From: Vitrella brassicaformis CCMP3155
Lineage: Eukaryota; Protista; Chromerida
DNA: 43,619 nt
Assembly: GCA_001179505.1 (NCBI GenBank)
Contig: CDMY01000607.1
Span: 1-43,619 of the forward strand
Direction: 5' to 3'
Shown one piece after another: positions 1 to 11,273 of this stretch (position 1 is its first letter; each line of letters starts with the position of its first letter). Below the pieces are notes generated by a model. It ran no database searches and was not told where the DNA came from. It was given only the letters and a program-made list of their open reading frames with translations. The position numbers and the translations under genes were made by a program.

Positions 1-571
1 GGGGTGCAGTGTGTCTGAGGCGCACCAGTGAGTATTGAGATTGATGTGGTCTTTTTTTTTTCTCTGGGACTTACCATTAGGGCGGTGCGGTGCCCTCGCC
101 GCCGTCATGGTTCTCCACATGCAGGCGGTCAGACCAACAGATATCGACACGTGCAGCACATAGTATAGATGCAGAGCTACACACCGAGAAATGGAGAGGC
201 CCCCAGACCCACCACACCCACCCAGCCATCCATCCATCCAGCCATCCGTCCGTCCACGCAGAGGCATGTGAGCCCTCACCACCCACACAGCCATCCAGCC
301 ACTCTGCTGTTCCGTCAACATCAGCAGCAGCAGGCAGCTGATGTACCCACACCGTGGAAATCAGCGAGCTACAGCCAGAGAGGATGACGAGCACCACTCC
401 ATCACCGTCCTGACCACCACACACACGCATGCAGAGGCATGGCACTTTGCAGAGGGGTGCAGTGTGTCTGAGGCGCACCAGTGAGTATTGAGATTGATGT
501 GGTCTGTGTGTGTGTGTGTGTGTGTGTGTCATTAGGGCGGTGCGGTGCCCTCGCCGCCGTCATGGTTCTCC
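1..571. repeat. Direct duplication of a ~115 bp segment (copy 1: 1-116; copy 2: 454-571), containing the last codons, stop and 3' flank of the adjacent minus-strand gene
   Basis: ggggtgcagtgtgtctgaggcgcaccagtgagtattgagattgatgtggtc occurs at 1 and 454, and cattagggcggtgcggtgccctcgccgccgtcatggttctcc at 75 and 530. The spacer between the two blocks differs (T-run vs (TG)n). Both copies encode ...ENHDGGEGTAPP* on the minus strand. Confidence 0.9.
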
Positions 572-2126
572 TCTGCTGGTGCATCCTCACCCTCACCTGC
601 CCAATGGACAAACAAAGGCACACACACACGCACACGCACACACACATATGGAAGGTCCATCAATCGTCCATCTCTCTCTGCGTACCGTACCATTGAGATC
701 GTCACTATCTTCATCCGCCTGCTGCTGTGCCGGTTACTGTGGCTGCTGCTGCTGTGGCGGTTGCACCTGTGGCTGCTGCTGTTGTACCTGGCCGTCGAAG
801 ACGAATGGCGCCACTACCTCCAGCACCACACGAGCCACCCAAGTGGTCAGCGGGAAGCGGTCCTTGAAGGGCGCATACTCACTCACACCTGGCGCAGCTG
901 TCTCGGTCGTCCAAACAGTAGCGAACACTGCAGACAACCAGAAAGAAACACTGATGACATTTGACGAGCAGATCTGCCTGTCTGTCATTCTGACCGGTGT
1001 TGTTGCCCGTATCCGCAATGGAAATCCACGCGACGAAGGGGTGGCTGTTGTCGGTGAGCACCAGCTCTCGCACATCACCACCGTGGAGGCTGAGTGTGGT
1101 GGTGCATTCGGCCACTGGTGCGTGGGGCGACTGAGTGAGGGGGCCATCCAGACGGCCGCCGCCAACATACCTGAACCAACCACACACATACACACACAAT
1201 CATACACGCACCCCTTTCGCCCACTGGTTTCATTGTGTTACCTGTTGAGGAATATCCCTGTGTCATCTATCTGGTGAGTCTGCTTGAAGTGGTCGAGGAT
1301 CTTGTCCTTGACCAGCGACGACACCGACGCATTGATGGATGCGCAAGAGTGCGACAACCACATGCCGTCGTTGTAGTAGTAGATGCGGTCCCTCACTGGA
1401 GGGTCATGCTCTAGTCGGTGCTGCTGATACAGATGGTCGGCAGCGGGGGGCGGGTCGACGGTCAGCCGGAAGCCGGGCTCGTCCTTGATGGCCCGCACCT
1501 CGTTGCCATGGCGGTAGAACTGCAGGCAGCTGCCGTCGCCGAAGTGCACGTGGCGGCCCACCACCATGAGCTGCGCCAACACACGAGCTATGAAACTATA
1601 CGCCTTCACGCCACCACACACACACACACAAACAGACAGAGAGGGAAGAATGAAAAAGGTCTGTCTGTTCTCCCCCGCCCCTGTGTGTGTGCCCTACCGT
1701 CTTATCGGCGTGTATGTTGATGTCATCGGCAGTGATGTTGACCGGCAGAGTGCAGTAGCGGCACTTGCTGGCCAACTGTAGCACCTCTGCGACCTCATCA
1801 GACTTCTGCTGCTCCACCATCCACATGGCCGCCAGCAGCAGCCGCGCCCCGGTCACCGTCTGTGTGTCGAACGTAATCACAGCATCCAGGCGCGTGCCGT
1901 CGGCGAGGGGAATGCGATGCAGCGACCGGTTGAGGCGGCCGCGGAGGGTCTGGGCAGGGAAGTCGACATTGCCGATGAAGAGCGCTGTGCTTCTGAGCCT
2001 GCCGATATCTTTGGTGTCGTCGTACAGGTCATCTCGGCCGTCGCGGTGGACCATGTCGAGGACTTGGCCGTTGATGGCCGGGGGGGCCACATCGCTGCTT
2101 CTGCTCGACGAAACGGTGCCGCCCAT
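532..2126 (-). CDS. Hypothetical protein of a lineage-expanded family (recalled from Vitrella-type hypothetical proteins); premature TAA at 734-736 removes the acidic tail
   Basis: GT-AG exons join in frame: 2126-1698, 1603-1242, 1170-995, 927-691, 596-532 (MGGTVSSS...AYSFIARVLAQLMVVGRHVHFG...HDPPVRDRIYYYNDG...RYVGGGRLDG...HPFVAWISI...FKDRFPLTT...APFVFDGQVQQQQ). After the TAA the frame continues PAQQQADEDSDDLN|GEGEDAPAEENHDGGEGTAPP*. Confidence 0.8.
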
Positions 2127-2471
2127 CCCTCAGCACCGACAAACAGGGCTGCTTTCTACGACATCCAGGGGATCAGTGAAACGCCAAGTCACCTGCAACA
2201 GACAAAGGGCGGCGGTGATGGATCCGTGTGTGTGTTCGGTCTGTCTTCACGGCACTCACCTGTGCGGTCTTTGTGCGCCTAAAGCCTGCCGGCGCGGGCT
2301 CGCCGTGAATGGATTCGATTTGCCGCAACGAAACTACACGCCATGCGGCTGCACACATTCCTTTCTCCTCTGCTCCTCATCCTCAAGCGAGCTTTTTTGC
2401 GAGCTTGAAGCAGATCTCCCCCTAGAGTTTGACCATTTCCTGCATCTACGACATCCTCAATACAAGCACCG

Positions 2472-2667
2472 ATGGACTCGGATGATGACATGCTCAGTCT
2501 GGATGAATCCGCGCCGCCAGAGCAGCATGCAGCGAGTGACGAGGCTCTGAGCCGCGTGGCAAGAAGAAGAGGAAGGGCGGAGGCTTCCAGTCGATGGATC
2601 TCAGCGCCGGCGTGCTCAAGGGCGTCCTCAGGATGGGCTGCAAGGTCCCGACTCCCATCCAGAGAAA
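2472..2667 (+). pseudogene. DDX54: Orphan first-exon fragment of DEAD-box RNA helicase DBP10/DDX54 (Q-motif region), frameshifted
   Basis: ATG at 2472 gives MDSDDDMLSLDE...; a shifted frame near 2558 gives [37 protein letters not shown], matching the DDX54/Dbp10 N-terminal GGFQSMGL...[18 protein letters not shown] donor follows at 2668, but no downstream exon with motif I (ARTGSGKT) is visible before the next gene. Confidence 0.75.
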
Positions 2668-3243
2668 GTGCGTGTGTCATCCATTCATTGCATCCCATCC
2701 ATCGAGAAGCGTCCGCACTGGCGTGGACTGGTCACTCATCCACTCGGTCAGTCAGTCAGTCGTGATGGGCACACTGGTGCATCGGTGAATATGTTATATC
2801 ATCTTATATACACACACAGAGAGAGAGTGAGTGCCCTTTGCTCTGTTTCGGCTGCATGTCGCTCGCTGTCTGTCTGTCTGTCAGTCTGTCTGCATCGATC
2901 AGCTTGTGGTCCGTCGGGCACAGCTAAATAGGCAGGCAGTACGTGAGGCCCGCAAGTGGCGGCCAGCTATTTATGTATCGACAATGGAGAGCAGATCAGT
3001 CATTGAATGAATGAGAATGAATGATATGCACTGTATATATATCGAGGGACTAGGCACTAATCACACCCACCCACACTCCAAACCTGCCCACCGCTTGCAA
3101 CCGTGGTGGCCTGGCCCCTCTAGTCTAGCTAGGCATTCCATCCCTCGGTCTCTTTATGGATCCACCCTCCCTCCCGCCGATGCAGCCGCCCATCAGTCTA
3201 TCTATCGGTCTCTCTGTCTTTCTGTCTCTAACTCTGTGCCTAT

Positions 3244-5757
3244 CTATGTCTCCTGGCTGGCTGCTGTGGCCTTGGCCTTCTCCTTCATGAGCGACTTGAT
3301 CACCTGCTGAACCTGCACACACCACACACCACACCACAGCAGCCAGGAGGTATCGCGTGTGCCGTGTGCTGCTGTGTTACTCTCTCCCTCTCTCTCTCTC
3401 TCTCTCACGTCTGTGGCCTGCACGTGTGGCGGCTTCTGCCGGGGGTTCTCCTTGGCGTCAGCCACCCAACTCTCGCGAGCCTACACACACCACACACACG
3501 CAGCACTGTGTCCCCCACTCACCAGTGTATGTGTGTGTTTGGACGTACCCGTTTGTTGAGTGCGACTACGATTTGGGCAGTGGTGGAGCCGGCCTCCCAC
3601 ATGTCGCTGATCACCTGGGGGAAGTCGGACGTCAGGGGGTGGTCGAACACCGCCTGCCGCCGCGCAGACAAAATGCTCGGCTCCTGAACAAACGAACGAA
3701 CGAACCGCCCCCGCGCCCGAGAGAGAGAGAGAGAGAGAGCGCCACATCAGTCCAGACTGCGGGTGGGTGGGTGTTGAAGTGAGGGCAGGCACATACCTGG
3801 TGTGCGAAGAGGACGTCGGTGCCCGGGCGGATGTCGGGCACGACGTCAGGCCACTTGGCGTCCATCAGGAACCGCACCGCAAACCCGCCCTCGCCCACAC
3901 CACCAACACTAGCATCCTTGCCAGCGGGTGCAGCAGCAGCCACCACTGGCTGCTGTTCTTGCTGCTGCTGTGTCTGTTTCTGTGCTGCTGGAGGCTGCTG
4001 CTGCTGCTGGTGGTCGGGGATGGATACGAGGGCCGGGCGCCACTCCTCGTCGTTGTTGTCCTCCTTGTGGTAGTACCTGCACACACCAGACAGACCACAC
4101 ACAGACGGAGGGTGGGTCGGCGCGAGGCTGGGGTGGGTGGTTTGGTGGTTTGGCGGCTTGCCTTGCGAATGCGAAGCACTCGTCGTCGTCGTTGATGGTC
4201 TCCCACAGGTTGTCGCCCTGCTCCTTGCTGCGCGACTCCAAGCGCTTCCGGAGCTTCGCATACCTAAATGAGTGAGTCAATGAGTGGGTGGACGAGGGAG
4301 GACAGACACAGAGTGACACAGAGAGAGGGAGAGAGGGATGTGTGTGTGTGTGTGTGTGCGGGGCTGTCACTTGGGGTTCTTGTCTGAGTATGCCCTGGTG
4401 GGCGCCATGATCTTGACGTGGTGAATCTGCGCAGACAGACAGACAGACAGACAGAGTGCATTTGAGCACACCCCACCGTCTCCTCCCCTCCCCTCCCCTC
4501 CCCTATGTTTGTGTAAGTGCTGATAAATGGATGGAGGGCCCACCGTTGCTTCTGGTACGCCGAATTGGAATCGAGTGCGGTAGTGTTTGAGCAGCAGGTC
4601 GGGGTCCAACGGCTCCCAGTTCTTCTCGTCTTTGAACTCTGCAACATTTGCGCGCACACACGCGCACACACACACACACACACACACCCGTGTGAGTGGT
4701 GGATGGATGGATGGACAAAGCCTCACACACCTTCCATGAGCACTTTTCTGTAGTCTTTGTGTGTCGGGCTGATGCGACTAAGGCGCTCCGACGGGATGAG
4801 CACCAAAGCACAATAACTGACAATCAATATGACAACAGCCACAGCAGCGACACCGGCTGGTGTCCGTCTGTCTGTCTATCTATCTGTCTGTCAAGCACTC
4901 ACTGACCGAGAGGTGTTGGTGAGGGAGATGCCAGAGTACTTGGACAGGCCCTTCTCAGCCATCTCCTTCTTAGCCAATTCTCCCGCAGCCAAATGGGTCT
5001 TGAGGATCAAATCTGAACACACACACACACACACGCCTTCGTCTGCCCATCCATCCATCCCCTGTCCAGCTTCCTCCCTCCCTGCCGCTGCCCGACCTGT
5101 GACAGAGTCCGATGCCAGCAGAGTCACCCCATGGGAGCCGGCGGCACCAGAGGAAGTCTGCCCCCTCCCTGGACCAGCCGCCCCGGCAGCCATCATCCCA
5201 CCACCACTGCGAAACTCAATCTTGATCTGAGAGTCCCAGAACTTGTCGCTGACTTCTTTGATCTCCTTCTGAGCGGCCCCACGCGCGCCGACAGGGCCGG
5301 CCTGCTTGCGAGCGTCCGCTTGGGCTTGCTCGAGGTGGTCGATGGCCGCTGCGGCGCCGAGCTTGATGTCGAAGGTGTTGTCCTGATTCCAATCGGGGTT
5401 GCACGTTCGCTGCACATTCACGCACCGCAAAGAGAGAGACAGAGAGAGGGGGTGGTGGTGGTGTGGTGGGTGGTGTGGGTGTGGTTGGGGTACTCACGGG
5501 GATTGTCTTGTAGGGTTTGTGTTCGTATCTGTTTGTGTCGGTGTTGAAGCCCTGTGCCAGCTCGAACCGCCCGGTGGTCTCATTCTGACACCAAACAGGG
5601 CACGCTGGTTGATGTGGCTGGCTGGCCATTGCGCTGTCTGTCTGTGTGGGTCGGTGTGGCTGTGGGAGCTCGCCTTGAGCCACACGCGGACGAACGGGTC
5701 AGGAGAGTTGTTGCCATCCACCATCCGCAATCCGTTGGCGCTCCTGACGCACACACA

Positions 5758-5793
<36 letters not shown>

Positions 5794-6936
5794 AATGGGC
5801 GCAGGCCTCTGTGTGTGGAGGGCTGTTGTGAATGTCCGTGTGGACGCGCACGCACAGGAGTTTGAGGTGCAGCCTTCCGCGCTGCTCCTGGCCCGCACTC
5901 GCCAGCTCGGTGCAGGGGTACTCCCACTTGGCCCGGACACTCACGGTGCCCTTCACCTGCACACACACACACACACACACATGCGATTGTCTGTCCATGT
6001 GTGTGTAGAGAGGTACCTGCGCCCCGGCTGGGAGCTGCTTGGTCTTGCCCCCTCTGAAGCGCCACACCAGACAGACCGACACGCACACGGGGAGAGAGAG
6101 AGACAGAGAGAGAGAGGGAGATTCCATGCCTTCGCGCACATGGCTCCCTGCATCCCTCCATCCCTCTCCCTCGTACATCGCTTTTGTGTTGTCCGATTGG
6201 TCGTCTGGGGCCTTCAGCTCGAGGTTGTTGAGCGACCGCAATGTGATCAAACTCGACAAAGACGGCAGCCAGCACTCGCCCAGCAGCCTGACAACCACAC
6301 AATCACATCCATCCATCCATCCAATGAGTGTGGGAGGGACATTCTGCTTAGCTTACGTGGGTGTCCTTTTGAACAGCCTCTTGGTCGGTGATTTGCTGCG
6401 CGTCCCCGTGAGCGACAGAGCGACGTCGGGATCGGGATCCTGGTCCCACACCTCGAGCAGCACCGCCTGGCCGGGGTCCACGCTGCCGAACAGCTCGTCA
6501 ACCTCGGTGCCACTCGGCAACCACACATTCATCTGCACACACAGACACACGCACACAGAGAGAGAGGGAGAGATGGATGGATGGAGCAGGGGAGAGGGGG
6601 GGGGAGGGGGGGTGGGGTACCTACCTGGACAGGCTCAGGGTTGTAGTTCTGCTGTTCTATGTTTGAGAAGCGTGCGAGGGATTCGGTGAGGAGGGGGCAG
6701 CTGAGCATTGCCGTGAGGAAGAACGACTTGTCCACGTAGAACAGAGACCTGTCCCTCTCCTATGGATGGGAACCAACACACACACACACACACACAATCG
6801 CAAGAGATGCTTGCAGGAGTGTGTGTGTGTGTGAGTGTGGTGCTTGCCTGGTCGTCGAATCTGCACACGGGCTCGGGGCTGTCGTACTGGATCTGAACAC
6901 GCACACACCCAATACACGCACGCATCGCCTGTCCCC

Positions 6937-6969
<33 letters not shown>

Positions 6970-9900
6970 TGGTTACCACTCCGCGCTTCACAGGTATCTT
7001 CACGCACACCCTCTCACCAGACGCACTCCGCGAGTACCGAATCCTGCACCATACACACACACACACACACTTCAGCCCATCCCACCCACCCACACCCACT
7101 CTCGGAACTGACCGCAGCCAAGTGGCCCAGTTGGGTGGCCTGATGCCCATGTCGCTGAGCTTGGTGTTCTCCAGCGGCTTCTCCGAGCTGAATTTGAGGT
7201 CGATCTCGCCGGTGCGCGATATCTGCCGCTCCCACTCGCGGACGACGTCGGCCGTCACGTCCACAGAGTTGTGGGGCGGGTCGGAGTCGTCCAGACAGGC
7301 CTCGATGATCGACGGCGTCACGCCAAACCTACCCCAAACCGCACACGAACACACACAGACACAGAGATAGAGAGAGAGAGAGGTGCAAGGGGTGAGGTGG
7401 GGGAGGATGGACGCACCGAGAGAAGGTGGAGTCGGCGAGGCAGATGGCCTGTCTGTTTGAGCAGATGTGCAGGCTGCGCGTCATGATTGCGTGGGTGAGC
7501 GCCCGGCAGGCCTGCAGAGTGATGTGGGTGGCGCCCTTGCCAGCTGCGGACGATGACGCCAGCTTCGGGTCGACCGCCAGCTCGGCAGAGGCCGTCGCGT
7601 TGAAGGTCCAGACCACTGTCGAGGTGTCCAGTTTTGCGGCGTCCGTGTGCATGTCGGTGCCCTTCTTCTGCGCGCGCTCCCTCTTCGCCTTGTCGAATTG
7701 CTGCTTCTTCCTGCATGCATTTCACCCACACACAGGTCCACACAGAGAGAGATGCCCTCATGCACTCCCGGCACACACACGGGCATCGTACGCACAGACA
7801 GAAGCCCTTACTTCTGCACTATGTTGAGATAGAACTTCGCGTCAGTCGGCTTCTCCCTCTTGTCACGGTCGATGTAGTAGACCTGTATGTAAGGCTCCTC
7901 CGTCTGCTGCGCTGAGAAGAAGTGGATGGCGTCGACGTGCACCGTCAGGCGGCCCTTGCCCGAGCCCGGCTGGCCCTCGCGCCACGACACCTGCACACAG
8001 GCAGGGAGGGAGGGAGGGAGCGTCTCTCCGTCTGTCTGTCTGTCTGTTTGTCTGTCATATGTGTGTGTGGTGGTGGCACTTGCCTGCATGGTGATGCGGC
8101 CGACCTGCTCGCCCGTGCCATACGTCGCCGGTGAGAACTGCTGGGAAGGGGGCATGTTCTGCGCGCATTAATGCACAGACAACACTCAATGGAGGAGAGA
8201 TGGGCAGAGGTGGACGGGGTGGACGGTGGGGCAGCGTACGCTCATGGACTGGGGGTTGACTAGCAGCAGGTCCTCGTCCTTCTTCTGCCCGCCGGAGTAC
8301 TTGCCCAGAGACGACAAGTACGCCTCGCCCAACGTCTGACATGACATGACGGCACCCAAAACGATGTGTTCTGGTGCTTTGGTGTGTGTGTGTGTGTGTG
8401 TGGCTCACTCGTGGTGGGGGCCTCTGTGCGGCGGTGACGGCGATCTGCTGCTTGGGCTTCGCCATCACACGCAGGATGACCGCCGGCGTGTGCCCGGGGA
8501 TGATCCCAGCTGGAAGAATGGATGACACACACACGTCTATTGAGGTTGGGGGAGGGGCAGGGAATTTGGCTTACACACGGCGTCTTCCGAGTCGTCCTCT
8601 TCGTCTTCGATCTGCAGGCATCCCACACACCGCACACTCACACACATGGAGTCTCTCTGTGTGTGTTTGTGTGTGCGTCTGTGTGTCTGTGTGCTGACCG
8701 CTAGTGTCGCCAGTTTGCTGCCCTTGAGACGGATGCTGGGGAGGCCGGCCAGAGACAGGTCAGGAGGAGGACGGCAGCCCCACACCTAGCCCCCCACACC
8801 ACCACCATAACACACACGCGCACGCACACACACACACAGACACACACAGACGATCCATCCATCCATCCATCCATCCATGAGAGCCCCCCCCTCTGTCTGT
8901 CTACACCACCCACCCTGAAGAGCTGCAGGGCCTTGCGCGACGCCGTGCCGTGACACGTGACGATCAGCGCTGTGAGGATCTCCTGCAGATTCAACCTGCA
9001 CACACACAAAGGCAGTTCAAGCAATGGATGGATGGATGGATGGCTCGATGGCTGACTTGTTCTCCACGCCGGTGTGGGTGAAGAGCTGGCAAAACTGCCG
9101 GATATATGGGGCCCACGCAGGAATCTGCACCCACCAACCAACCAACCAACCAGCCAACCAACAGAACGATGAATGGACATTTCCCCATTTCCCCATTTCC
9201 CCCCGCCGCCGATACCCACACCTACCGATGCCCCAGCAAAGTTCTGGAAGTCTATGGCAGTCGGGAACACCCCCTTGGGCGGCCCCCTCGCGCCACTTGA
9301 CTTCTCCCACAATTTCACGGGCGCGGGGGCCGCCTTGTTGACCTCCTGGAAAGCCGCCGCCACCGAGCTGACGCAAGAGAGGAAGCGGCCGAAGGCGGTC
9401 TTGCCTCCGGGCGCCTCGAAGCTACCGGAGAGGTCGGCCGGGGTGGGCCGATGGAACGCCGCGAAGGGCAGCACCTGCAGGCACACATGAGGTGTGTCGG
9501 GTGTGTGTGTGTGGGGGGGGNNNNNNNNNNNNNNNNNNNNNNNNNNNNNNNNNNNNNNNNNNNNNNNNNNNNNNNNNNNNNNNNNNNNNNNNNNNNNNNN
9601 NNNNNNNNNNNNNNNNNNNNNNNNNNNNNNNNNNNNNNNNNNNNNNNNNNNNNNNNNNNNNNNNNNNNNNNNNNNNNNNNNNNNNNNNNNNNNNNNNNNN
9701 NNNNNNNNNNNNNNNNNNNNNNNNNNNNNNNNNNNNNNNNNNNNNNNNNNNNNNNNNNNNNNNNNNNNNNNNNNNNNNNNNNNNNNNNNNNNNNNNNNNN
9801 NNNNNNNNNNNNNNNNNNNNGGGGGGGGGGGGGGGGGATTGGGGCATACGTCTGATGCGGCTGTGGTGGAGTCGGCTTTGAGAAAGTGGCCGAACAGGTG

Positions 9901-10476
9901 CTTCTCAATGTAGTCGCAGTCGATGCCGGGCAGTTGCCACCGCACCTTCTGCACCCACCACACACACAGAGACGCGGAGAGAGACACGAGAGGTGTGGTT
10001 GGATGAGCACACAGGGTGGGTGTGTGGGTGCGTCTCTGGACCTCCTGGTTGGTTCGTGGGTCGTGGAGACTCGGCGGCCTCTGGCCCTGCACCAGCTCCT
10101 TCAACCAACTGTTCTGCCGCTCATACATCTGAGAGAGACAAGCACAACAGACCGTCATCAACACGTATCTGACGCTCTATCCCCCGCCCGCCCTCTCACG
10201 ATGTAGAAGTCCCCCCATTGCTTGATCCAATGGGAGTACAGCGGCTCCACCGGCCGCGAGTCAAAGAGGGTGCGCGCGAACAGCACGCTGTCGGCCCACT
10301 TGACGAACTCGACCAGCTTGCTCTCGTCGTGGAGCGTCGTGAAGGCGTTCTCGATGCACTCGCGGCACTGAGTGGCGCTCTCGGCCTCGACCAGGTCGTC
10401 ACCGCAGTGGCAGATGACCGCGTAGGCCAGACAGATGAGCGACTTGCGGCCATGCGGATAGACCTGATGCACCTGA

Positions 10477-10510
<34 letters not shown>

Positions 10511-11242
10511 TGGAAGCCACACGCAACACACAACACACTGCCTCCCTCCCTCCCTCCCTCCCTGTCTCTCTCCTTATGGCGTACCGGCAAAGTCAACTGA
10601 GGGAAGAGGATGTCCCACAGCCGGAACAGGCTGTGGTTGGGCAGTATGCCGGCGTAGAGGCGCATGAAGGCGGGGTAGAAGAAGTCCATCAGCGAGAAGC
10701 CCAGCGAGAAGAGGCGGGTCCAGATGGGCTCCGCGTGCGCCGCCAGGCAGCACTCGAGCAGGAATACGTCGCCCATCGCGCCGCTGGGGGCCGCCAGGGG
10801 GCCGTTCGGACACGGCACACGCAGCTCCAGGGGCTTCCTGAACCCACACACACACACACACGAGATCCGTTGACACATACGGCACACAGGGGGGCGTGTG
10901 GTGGGTGTCTCACTCCGGCAAGGGACCGGATGTGCTTGCTGCTGCCGGTGTGGCGGGTGTCGGGGCCATGGTGGGGTTCTGTGGCTTGGCCCAGTAGGTC
11001 GCGAGCTTTCCGTGGAAAGGCCCGTTGCCCCCCGCCATGGTGTAGATGAGCCAGAAGACCTCTTCCGCAGTCAGCTGGCTGCGCTCCTGCCCCTTGCCGT
11101 GCGGCAGCAGCATGTGCAGCGCCACCAGAGCGATCGACTTGGAGTACTTGATGGGCAGCCTGCCGAAAGGCATGTTGTTGCCGCTGCCGTCGTCCTTTCC
11201 GTAGCCGGGGTTGGCACCGTTGCTGAATGCGATGAGCGCCTG

Positions 11243-11273
<31 letters not shown>

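Noticed and set aside
510-1277. 255-aa plus-strand ORF with a Cys-rich CCCAGYCGCCCC stretch (metallothionein-like)
   Set aside because: It is the antisense reading of the CAG poly-Q tract of the minus-strand gene.
1765-2550. 261-aa plus-strand ORF
   Set aside because: Antisense shadow of exon 1 of the minus-strand gene, with no recognisable motifs.
5399-6391. 330-aa plus-strand ORF and many similar VCVCVC/HTHTHT ORFs throughout the track
   Set aside because: They arise from intronic (TG)n/(CA)n repeats and antisense to real exons.
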